Positions 6,915 to 17,800 of a stretch of DNA of 64,000 bases are shown piece after piece (the stretch's first letter is position 1; each line of letters begins with the position of its first letter). A program made the position numbers and the translations under genes. The stretch comes from an uncultured Elusimicrobia bacterium. Its GTDB lineage: Bacteria; Elusimicrobiota; Elusimicrobia; F11. The stretch lies in contig CAYOPN010000001.1 of NCBI GenBank assembly GCA_964405835.1, forward strand, positions 51,502 through 115,501. Reading direction: 5' to 3'. A model generated the notes under the pieces. The model was not told the origin of the DNA. It saw nothing but the letters and a program-made list of their open reading frames with translations, and ran no database searches.

Positions 6915-8630
6915 TTATTTATAGGCGCCGAGTTGACGTAGGTACTCGATGGCGGTCTGGTTGTTCGGCTCGAGTTCGAGCGCGCGTTTCCAGAGCGTGA
7001 TGGCCTTCTCTTTCTCGCCCATCAAGAAGAACGACGCGCCCATGCGGCCGATCGCGGTCACGTTGCTCGGGTCGATACGGAGAACTTGTTCGCACTTGGT
7101 GATGGCGACGTCGTAGCGGCCTTCGTAGATCGCCGTCAACGAATCGTGCAGTTTCTGGTCAACCAAGGTCCAGCGGGCGCCCGACACGGTGTCGCGCGGC
7201 ATCTCCACTTGCGGGAGGCCGGCCTGGCGGGCGATGCGGTTCGTGAAATTCATGAGGTTCGGGTTCGACGGGTTCTTCTCGAACGCGGTGCGCAACGAGT
7301 CATAGGCCGTCGTGAGGTCGCCCTGCACATAGGCCGACACGCCTTGGCGGACCAAGCGGTCGATTTCGCCGTCGCCGGTGGCGGCCGGCAAGGAGCCCGC
7401 GATGGCGTTCATCTTGTTGACCATGGCCTGAAGGTCCTTGTTGCCCGGATCGACGGACAGCGCCGCTTCCAAGCGCGCCACGGCCTGCGCGTAGTTGCCT
7501 TTGCTGAACGCGGATTCGCCGGCCTTGATCAAACGGCGCACTTCGTCGCCGCGGCCCGAGGTGGCGGTCTTGCCGAATTTAAAGCCAAGCGACATGCGTT
7601 GCGACATGCCGAGTTCGTTCAAGCCCACGGCCAGATCCAAATTCAAACGGCTGAACGCGAAACCGAACCCGAAGGTCGTTTCCGCAATTTCACCATCACG
7701 GTTTTCAAGGCCCAAACGCAGGGCCATTTTGCGCGTGGCCCAATATTCGGTGCCCAGGTTCCAGCCGAGGCCCGAGTACTTGTTGGAATTGATGTCGGCG
7801 GCGAGCACGAGGCGCTTATTAAGCATGCTGTAAGAGTTGCCGATGCGCAGCGTGAGCGGCAGGCGATCGTCGGATTCGGCCGGCGCCTGGCTGACCGCGT
7901 TCTTGATGGACAAACCGAAGCGGTAGTTCTCATTGACCTTCGAAAACACCGAGGCGTCGACCGCTGAAAATGATTGAGCGAATGTATCGATCGTGGTGCT
8001 GATGCGTTTGAGCGCGATACCGGCGGAGAGCTTCTGGGTGACTTGTTTTCCATAGGCAAACGTCATGCCCTGCTGCGAAATAACAAAGTCCCCTTTCTTG
8101 TCCACCGTAAGGTAGTTGGGGCTGTCCGGCGGCGACGACGGATCGATGGTCACAGCCACCTTCTCGAAACCGCCGGAATTCAGCCGCGTCATGTTAAAAC
8201 CCCAAGCGCCCATTTTGGAGCCCGGGCTGACGTAGCTGATAGATGTCAGCGTGGTGTCTTCAAAGAGCGAGGCCTGCATCGCCTGAAGCTCTTTGCGTTC
8301 TATCTGGACCATGGCGGCGGGGTTCCAATAGGTAGCGCTGGCATCATCGGCCACAGCCAAGAACGCGCGGCCCATGCCCAATGAACGGGCGCCGGAACCC
8401 CATTGCATAAAGCCGGCAGGTTCGCCGGCAGCGAAAATGTGAGAGATCGACGGAACGACCACCAACGCCACGATCACAAGCGCACGGGTGAGATGCGCCT
8501 TAAACGGGGTATTGGAGGGATGCAAGGAAGGAGAGACCTGGGTAGAAATAAAGGAGCAAAGCGCCGTCAGCGCTTTGAAATAAAAATTCCGATGTGTTCC
8601 CTCGATCACGTCGTACATTTCGTTTTTCAC
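6915..8630 (-). CDS. PorV/PorQ-like outer-membrane beta-barrel fused to a C-terminal TPR domain (571 aa as drawn; start uncertain)
   Basis: A signal-like segment (KAHLTRALVIVALVVVPSISHIFAAGE) is followed by AGFMQWGSGARSLGMGRAFLAVADDASATYWNPAAM, the ARSxGMGxAxxAxxDDxSAxxWNPA signature I associate with PorV/PorQ/UPF0164-type barrels. After that come alternating beta-strand-like sequence ending ...MSLGFKFG, then ~210 aa of TPRs (FSKGNYAQAVARLEAALSVDPGN; IYEGRYDVAITKCEQVLRIDPSN; FLMGEKEKAITLWKRALELEPNN). The track start is GTG at 8630. ATG at 8618 or TTG near 8519 would place the signal peptide closer to the N-terminus. Confidence 0.7.
   Translation of the reverse strand: MKNEMYDVIEGTHRNFYFKALTALCSFISTQVSPSLHPSNTPFKAHLTRALVIVALVVVPSISHIFAAGEPAGFMQWGSGARSLGMGRAFLAVADDASATYWNPAAMVQIERKELQAMQASLFEDTTLTSISYVSPGSKMGAWGFNMTRLNSGGFEKVAVTIDPSSPPDSPNYLTVDKKGDFVISQQGMTFAYGKQVTQKLSAGIALKRISTTIDTFAQSFSAVDASVFSKVNENYRFGLSIKNAVSQAPAESDDRLPLTLRIGNSYSMLNKRLVLAADINSNKYSGLGWNLGTEYWATRKMALRLGLENRDGEIAETTFGFGFAFSRLNLDLAVGLNELGMSQRMSLGFKFGKTATSGRGDEVRRLIKAGESAFSKGNYAQAVARLEAALSVDPGNKDLQAMVNKMNAIAGSLPAATGDGEIDRLVRQGVSAYVQGDLTTAYDSLRTAFEKNPSNPNLMNFTNRIARQAGLPQVEMPRDTVSGARWTLVDQKLHDSLTAIYEGRYDVAITKCEQVLRIDPSNVTAIGRMGASFFLMGEKEKAITLWKRALELEPNNQTAIEYLRQLGAYK
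6918..7553 (-). other. TPR domain of the barrel protein (aa ~360-571)
   Basis: At least 4-5 TPR-like helix pairs read from the translation. Confidence 0.7.
7572..8417 (-). other. Beta-barrel portion (aa ~72-353)
   Basis: N-terminal GMG/WNPA signature, amphipathic strand pattern, and aromatic-terminated C-terminal strand (LGFKFG). Confidence 0.6.
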
Positions 8631-8807
8631 CCTTTATTTTGTGCTACCCGCCTCCGCAGAATCGCTTCGGCGGGCAAGCCCGCTCGAAACTGCTCTACAG
8701 ATGTGTTTAGTCTAGGGGGATGCCGTGACAGGGGAGGGATTTAGAGAAGACAAACCGATGACAAAATATCGACAATCTAAAGCTTACTTGAGGTTCTTAT
8801 TGGTGAA

Positions 8808-11800
8808 TTAGTTAATAATGCCGATTTTGCGGATAACGGTGGTCGAACCTTTTGATCCGATGACCTCGATCCGCATGATGTAGCCGCCGGCGGCGACGCG
8901 GGTACCGCCGGTGTCTTTGCCGTCCCATTGGAACACGTTGGGGCCGGCTCTACCGCCGGTCTGGCCGGCGCCAAAGTCCCATTCGCGGATCTTGTAACCC
9001 AACAGATCAAACAGCAAGATTTTGACCGTCGCGTCCTCATTAAGGATATAGGCGATGTTGGTCGGACCCTGACGAATATCCACCGGGTTCGGGTAGTTCG
9101 TCACTTTGGTGATCGCTTCGTTCGGGAAGCCGGTGCTGGCCGGTTCCGACGGATCGGACCAGGCGCTTACGCCGCCCGCTTGGTTAATCGAACGAATACG
9201 ATACTGATAGAAATGACCTCCCGGTTTCGGCAAATTGGCCGGATTATCTTTGTTGCCGATCAACATTGAGAACTGGTTACCGGGCACGAGGCGAATTGTT
9301 GCCCAGGTAGGATCATTGTCCACGCGTTCTTGGATTTCGTATGCGCGCACGCCGGATTCGCTGTCCCCACCGACAGCCCAACGGATCGTGAACACGCCGC
9401 TCTTGGCCGGCTCGCCGCCCGCCAACTCTTGGTCGGAAACGGGCTTCCCAGGCACCGTCGGTGGTGACAGGTCGATGCGGTAGAACTTGACCGCCGTTTC
9501 AGCGCCCGCCAATCCTCCAGAGGTGACGGCGCGCGCGCGCACAACGTATGCGTTGTTCGTGACGCGATCTCCGACAAAATGTTCGACACGCGGCGTGCCG
9601 TATGTTTCTCCGCGTCGGTTAATGACGAACTTGTTGTTGACCCGCTGCGAATAACCGAGGATTTCACTGCCGATTTGAATTTGGTTGTTTTCCGCAGGGA
9701 AATCTTCGAGCCCATTGGTGTTGTCTACATAAAGATCAAACGGCGGATTTGTCGTGATTGGCAAACTTTGCGAGAGTTGGGCAACCGCCGCCGCAAGCAA
9801 TGTTAAGTTGCTCATCTCGATAAAGTTCTCTTTTTGGGTGTCCATCCAACCGAGGCCACCCAACTGCTGACGCGAAATGGAGTTCATTAAGTTGTTCACG
9901 CTAAGACCCACTTCGTATTTGCCCAATGCGGAGCTGCTAACCTTGGCCCATTTCGCGAACAGTTTGGATGTGTCTTTCGACCATTTTTCCGGAATGTAGC
10001 CAAAGTCCGGGAAGCCATCTTTGCCCAAATCAATTTCCGGGACACTATCGCCGTTCTGGTCGGGCAATACGGTGTCGGGCGTTCCGTCGTTATTGAAATC
10101 TACATCCAAATACCCGCTCTTGAGCATATCGACCTCGATCAACCCGTCGCCGTCCAAGTCAATTCCGGGAAGCTGTGTGGCCGCGTCTTTAATCACATCG
10201 TTCAGTCCATCTCCGTCGACATCCACCATTGGCACGCCGAACGAGTCGAACGTGCGCGGCGCCGGGATGCCGTTCTCGTCCAGCGCCGGATACCCGTCGC
10301 CATACGGATTGGCCCAAATGCGCGGCATCACGAACACCGGCGAAACGATCATGGAGCCTTCATCGAGAATCGTTGTCAAGTTACTATTGAGTGAAACAAA
10401 ATCGATGGCAGGGTCGGCCCCCGCCGTGGCCGGGACAAATGTAAGGTCCGAAAATTTCTCGATTTTGATGCCGAACTGATGGCCTTTGGTGGATTCCAAC
10501 GTGAGCGAGGTTTCACCCACATCGACGGTGACGAAAAAATTAATAAGCGACGTGCTGATAACCTGACCCGATGAAGCATTCAGGTCCACGAACGCTACGC
10601 CATTCACAAAATTCGTTGATTGGCCAAGCAAGACCTCGCCGATCAGCGTGTCGGACAACGGCTCGAAAATCGTGTTGTCATTGTCCCGCCACAACGAGAC
10701 GCGCGTAATGTCGCCCTGACCATCGACATCGCTTTCAATGCGACCCGTCTGCTCAAACCGGATGCGATTCAACGTCACGTGATTGCGGTTGGTGACCATC
10801 GTGAACATCATCATAGGCACGCCGGTGGACAACGCCGGAATTTGCGGCGGCGCCAATGTTTGCCCCGACATGCTCACCTGCACCGCGTTAATCAAGAACA
10901 AAGATGTCTGATAGGGGTACGCCTGTTGGGGCGTGGTTCCGTTCAAGAATTTAACAACGGGGGACACCGTGTTCGGCGCCGACACGCTGATCCAAGACCG
11001 ATCGGCAATACGCACCCCGAGAGTGGCGCCCGCCTCTGCCCCGTCGCCGATATCATAAGCCACGAAGAAACTCCGGCCCGTCGGCGACAACAACACCGAT
11101 GTCGTAAGCGGGATTTGGATAATGCGATCGTTGTTATCGGACAAGTTGAATTGCGCGGTCGGGCTGCTTAGCAACTCGTCGCCGGCGTCCAACTGATCGT
11201 TGAAGTTAACGTCGCGGTAAATCTTCACGTATTTAACGTCCGAGTTCCGGCCGAAGGGATAGCCCGCCGGATTTTCAAGCGACGACCCGGTGCGTTCAAG
11301 ACGGATCGAGTTCCACGTGGCTTGCGACAGATCCGTGGCTAATGTGAACCGCAACACCTCCACATTGGTGCTCGCCTGGTAGGTCCCGCCATTTTGCGAC
11401 ACGACCTTCGCCGAATCAAACACAGAGAGCGTCACTATATCGCTGGCTTCCAACACACTGGAGCGAGACGTGCTGAACGGCGGCGTGATGGTTACGAACG
11501 ACGGCGTATCGGGGAAGTCAACCGTGAAATAATCGGTGGCGGAAATGCGCGCGCCGACATTAACGCCCACTTGCGCGAACGCGTTCAAATCATAGGTTAA
11601 GAAGTAATTCTGCCCAGCCGGGTTCACCGTCTCGGATTCAATGACTTGCGGATCGAGAACAAGGTTCGTGGTCATTTCGTTGAATGTCTCGGTACCCTGC
11701 GAGAGCATATGGACCAACGCCCCATTCGCATCAGTGCTCGTTTCCTGCACGTTGAATATGTTGTCGTTCCCGACATCTTCAAAGATGCGGATCGCCGATA

Positions 11801-14800
11801 CATCGCCGTTGACGGCACCATTGTCGGTAATAAGGTCGACGCGCAAATTCGTCCATACCGCCGTATTAGCGTTGGTCTTCAAATTGATGCGCGCCATCGG
11901 CACGTATTGAAGCGCCTGCGTCACTTGGGGCGGCGCCAGGTCTTCCATGAAGATCTTCATCGTATCGAGCGTCGGACGAATGACGTTCGCCGGCGATTCG
12001 ACCGGCATGTTCGCGCTCGACACGCTGTGAATTCCGTCGTTGCTGGTCAGCGCGCCGATAGAGAGGCTGGTCGCGCTGTTGATCTTTAGCGCGAGCAAAT
12101 CGTCGTAAATTGCCGTTGGATCCACATCCACGGTGACCCAATACGTTGTCTGCTGCGATGTCACGAGCGCGAAACCGGGGCTGCCGACCGTTGGGTCGTT
12201 GAGCGCGATTAACGCCACGCCGCCTGCATCGCCGCCCGTGCCAAGCGCCTTCTGACCAACCAGCGTTTCGGTTCCCGGAGGAATGATCCCCGTCGCGGGA
12301 TCGCGGTCCAACGTTCCGTTGCCATTATCGCGCCATACCTTGATCATCGCGACATCGCTATCACTGCCTTTAATCGAACCCGGTGGCAAGAAGCGGTTGA
12401 GGCGCAAAGAGAACCAACGCACGTTAAAACCATCGCAGGAGACGAGCAGCTTCATAAAGGCGTTGTTTAAATCGCCTTGCGTGTAATGAACGCCCACTTT
12501 CGCATTGCCGAGATGCGCGTTGGGGACCGTTCCCAACTGGCCGCGCGACACGCTCTGCAGCTGACCGTTGCTCTTCGAAGCGTAATAAATCACTTCGGAG
12601 TCGATGACCGCATAACCCGATGTAGGCAGGCCCAATGTATTGGGACGCAGCGGGATCGCCGTCGCCACCGAGCTCACATCCACATCCAGAACCGGCGTGG
12701 CGGTCACGCCGGAGCTGTTGCTGAAAAGCAACGTCGGTTCGACGGTGACAACCCGTGGTGACGGGATGATCGTTCGCACCATGGAGTTGGCCGGCAAATT
12801 CGCCGCGCTCACCGTGTCAAAATTGGGCGGCGTTGGGAACATCGTGAACGATGCCGGGCTTGCTATACGGAACGAGAGCGTGGTTTCCGGCGTGGCGAGC
12901 GGCTCCATGTCCACCGTCAAGAAATAACGCAGGCTTGTATTTGTGGCAAGGCTGCGCGGCGTGGTCATCAAGGTTTGCTGCCCGTTGAAATTAATTTGTG
13001 CAATGCGCGGGGTTCCCGTGTTGCCGAAGGTGCCCGTGCCCACGCGCACGTCGTTAACGCTTGAAAACACGCCGTTGTTATCCACGTCGTACCAAACGGC
13101 AATCTGCTCCACATCGGCCGGATTCGCCGTGCCCGTGGAGAAGATTTGCAGCCCCGTCCAGAACGCTTCGGATTGGTTGGTTGACAGCATCATCTGCAGC
13201 ACCGGCTGATTGATCGCCGACTGCTGAAGCGTGCTGCCGAGTGTCGTGTTCGTGGACACGACCGTGATCGTATCGCCGTACTCCAATATGTCGCCGATTT
13301 CCGCGTTAAAACTCGGGATCGGATCAACGATATCGGGCGCCCCAACGCTCACATAGGAGGTGGCCGGAATAGCAAGACCCAGGACCGTCTGTTGACCAGC
13401 CAGTCGGCCCGGAATGGCCAAGGGGTCGATATCGTAAACGATGAAATACGATTTGTTGCGGCCGGCACTAAATACCGACTCCCCGGTTAAATGATCCACC
13501 GGCACAACACGGGTAACACCGGTGAACGAGGTCGCGGTTTTACCCGTGTAAGCAATACCGTTTTCAGCGCCGATCGAAACCGTACCGGAAGGCGGGAATT
13601 CGGTCGTGTCGCCGACATTGATCGTCAACGGCCCCGTGCTGCTGTCCATGTCCGCGGTGATCACGGTCTCGGCCTTGAACGCCAAATTCTCGGTTATTTC
13701 CTGTCCGCCAAACGAACCAAAAATCTGCAAATAACTTTGACCGTCAACTTGCACGCCGGCCGCGTGCGCGATGGGCGTTGAGCCTTCGACACCACGCGTA
13801 ACGCCCGTAAATTCGTTAAACACAGCGTCAATGCCCGTATAGGTCACCACCTCGCGGTTGCCGGTGTTGTCTTCAATCACCAACCGTCCGGGCGCGGCAG
13901 GGAAATCCTCGACCGAACTGACCGGGATATTGGTGGCGGCGCCGGATATCGCGGATGCCAGCGTCGCCGATTTGAACACGATCTTTTTATTGGTCGGAGA
14001 CACAATTTGGTCGATATCCGGATCCAATTGCTGGTTACCGTCGACGTCATAGTAAACCCGCATATCTTCGACGTCGCTCGCTTCATTGACCAAGTTCGTG
14101 TTTTTACGGTCGATCCGAATTCCGGTCAATATGACCGAGTGATCGTTCGAATACATATCGAGGCGAACAATCGGAACATCTTTGTCCCCTTGCGTCGCCG
14201 CGGCCGGGGCCACCGGGATCGGGTTGATAATAAGACGGTCGTTGGTGGCGGCAATCGGCGGCGTTCCCGACAAGACCGGGAATGCTTGCGTGGTCGGGTC
14301 CACCAGATAATCCACCATCGCGCCGTCGGAAAGAATGATGTCCGTTCGGGATGGGATGCGGATGCCGAGCGTGGAACCAATGGAAGCCGAGTCCGCCAAC
14401 GCCATCACAACGTAAAGATATTTGGTCGTCCCATTTAGGAGCAGATTCGGCTGAATATCCAACAGCGCCGCGCTGGTTGAAAAAGACATGACGCTTGAGT
14501 TAATAAGCGTGTCCGCGCCGGGTTGGAAATTTCCATCGCCGTCGGTGCCGTCCAATCCGTCCAAATACAAACGGATGTTTGAAACATCCAAATCGCTGGC
14601 GGTGCCCGTCCGCGTAACCCGAATTTTGTCGAGAACGCCGGTGAAATCCCGCGTCCAGAACCCGAGTTTCAAATAACCGGCCGCCGATTGACCTTGCGGA
14701 ACGGTGGCATTCTGAGCGTTGCTGTAATAGGCGGCGATATTATCGGCACGCAACATCACCGGCGCCGGCGTCTTTGTGATCGGCGATTCATAAGACAACA

Positions 14801-17800
14801 TCGGGAAATTGTTCTCCGCGATACGCGCCGTCGACTCGATGGCCGGGATGGTGAAGGCCCCCGAATCCAGGATACCCACGCCCAGCGTTGTATTTTCCGC
14901 AGCCACCGTGCTGATGCGAACCGTCACGAAGTAATACTGAAACACGTTTGTGATGACTTGCGATGACACCGTGAAATCAAGATCGCAAATATCGTTGCCG
15001 GAAACATTGGCGAAAGTGCCCGTCGCCACGGGGACGCCTACCGTGACGCCGTTGCCGTCGTCGGCGGAGTCAAATTCACCGTCTTTGGGCCCCATGTCCT
15101 TCCACAACGCGACTTCAATCACATCTTCGTTCGGCAAGTCGCCGAGCTTGGTCACGCGCAGCCCTTTCCAGGTCGCGTACGTCGCCACGGTGGGCTTCAC
15201 CACCGTGTGCAACCGCAGCATCGCTACTGGATCCGGCTTGTCAACCGTGGTTCCATCGCCTTGAGCGAGCGAGAAAGGAATCGAAATCGAATCTTTATAG
15301 GGGTCGCGGTTGCCGATCGGCTCCGGCGCCAAATCCGTCGGCGTGCCGACAAGACCGGTGGTCGTGATATCTCCGCTTGAAGGGGGTAAACCCGTGCGAC
15401 CATTGATAGATGGGTTTGCATAATCGGTCGCGTACACCCTCAGGGTTTCTTGGATTAAGTCGCGGATGCTGAAAGAACCCGTTGCGGTATTCGTTAACGT
15501 GAGCGTGGAAATACCAACCCCATCACCGGTAATCGTGACCGTCGCGGTGCTGGCGGAGTGTGATAAGCGGATTATGCCGGAATAAACCAATCCATTGTTT
15601 TCGCCGATCGCAGCGCCGCCGTCGGCCGCGTTGTTGTAGACATCGCGCGCCACCACCGAAATCACGCCTTCGTTACGCACGCTCAACGGGCTGACGGTGG
15701 TATACGGATGCTCAAGTGAAATCTTGGTGGCGCGGTTGGGCGTAATCACCGCGTTCTGCGTGCTCGACAAGATGGTCCCACCTTGGTGCACCGCCGACAA
15801 CACCGGGAAGCCCACCGTTTGATCTTTGTAATACATGTCGCGTTCGGTCGTGCCCGGAGGGAATGAAAGTGAAAGCCCATTCGCTCCGAAGATGGAGTCA
15901 AAAGTTCCCGTGGGCGTGGTGCCACCCTGGCCAAGCGGCGAGGTCGAGAACACATCGACCGTCTGAGTGCCGGTCGAAGACGAAACGTTATCGTACCGAT
16001 CGCGCATCTGAATCTGAATATTCGGCGTAGTTACGCCAATGACATACGAGCTGGTTGTGCCGGCAATCAATTTGCGCACCGGCGTATTGAACACGAGGCG
16101 ATAGGGCGGCGCGGCCTGGACCGTGTACGTTTGGGTGGCGATGTCCCAACCGCGCGAGGGCGCGAAATTCTCGCGGACCGTATGCAAGTGATTCCCCGCC
16201 TTGTCATCGGACATATAGTAGGTCGTCGTGTGCTGGCCCAAGGCCAAGTTGGCCATGCCGTTTCCAGAGGAGAAGGTCGCGCTGGATGGAGAAGCGAATC
16301 GGTAATTGCCCGTCGAATTCGACTCCAAACGGAAATTAATCCCGGCGCCGGCATTGTCCTCGCTGCCCAAGATAACCGGCGTGGGGTTCGAATATTTATC
16401 CTGCAATTGGATCGTGCGCACGGACGTTGTTGTGCCCGCCACGAACACGGCTGGCGACGAAAGAATTACGATCTTGTTCTGGAAGTCGAATGTTGGCAGC
16501 ACCGTCACAAAATGGTCCGACGTCTGCCACGACCGGGCCTCGGCTTTTCCGCCGATGATCGGACGACTTGAGGAAAGGACGCCGTAACTTTCCGAAGATG
16601 TTGTGTCGAAGTAATAGAAACGCGTCACATATGTTCCGGAAGCGATATCCAGGCTTCCGGTCGTGTTTGCCAATAGCCCCGGCAAGGTGGTGGCCGCCGA
16701 GCTGAACAAAAATCCGTACGCGTCGTTGGTGGCGGAGACGGTTCGCGTGCTTAAGAAATTAACCTTGATGGTTTCGGTCGCCAACGTCGGGTTTGAGAAC
16801 GAGTCCCACAACTCAAATTGATATTCCTGCACATTGCCCTGGTAGGTGATCATGCCGGCTTCCAACGTGCGGCGCGGATTGTCGACGCCGATCGTTGCCG
16901 TCTGACCTGGCACCACCAAGAGTTCATGCGTGGCCGTCGTCAGCGGAGCGCCTTCGGCGCGTATCTGCCAGGTCCCAAGCCGGCCGTCCTCGCCGATTGG
17001 GATGGACGACATCGTGTCGTAGAACGAGAACTTCATCTGAGAAACGCCGATGTTGAACACGCGGGTTGTGATTTGATTCACCTGCGCGTTGGGCTCGGTG
17101 AAATAGAATGTTTTTCCGTCCGATGAATGCGTGGTGCTCTGGCCGGTGCCCAGCAACAAATTAACGTTCGACACCGATTCCGTGGTCGCATTGTCGAAGT
17201 CATCGCGCCGCTCCAAGGTGAATTGATCGGCGGTCCAGGTCCCGGCCACCATGCTCGTTGGCGCGCTGGTGAAAACAAGTTTCGAAGGCGATCCGCCCTT
17301 CGTCACCAAACTCAATGTGTTGCCGGTCACCGAATTGCTGGCAAAGCGCACTTGCGCGTAATCCGCGGCGCGGGTTGAAACAAAGTAATAGAAAGCGGGG
17401 CTGCTGCCGATGCGTCCATTGGCGTCGGTCCATGTTGATGTAACGACGTTGTAAGACGCGCCGTCAAACCAACGGATGGTGCCGGTCGCGCCGAACACAT
17501 TAATCACGTTCAAGTCCGCGTTGAAATTCGGCGTGGCAACATGGTTATTGTATTGATCGGCCAATTGCGCGACCAGCTGAACCTTGCCGAGATTCGACAG
17601 GTTTCCGGCGGACACATTAACCTGATTGTCGACGGTCCCATCTGTCAAATCAGCCGGCGTCGTGAACAAGAATCGGCTCGGCGCACCCGACAGAACCAAC
17701 ACATAGGGCCGCGAAGAGAATCCGGCCCGTTCTGTGCTGATTGCGGACGAACCAAAATCAGATGCTTTTAACCAGCGCGATCCGGCTTTCTTGAGAGTGA

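Noticed and set aside
8631-8807. Possible intrinsic terminator after the giant gene (short GC hairpin gcgggcaagcccgc around 8670-8685).
   Set aside because: The stem is only ~5 bp and no U-tract follows on the transcribed strand, so I cannot support a terminator call.
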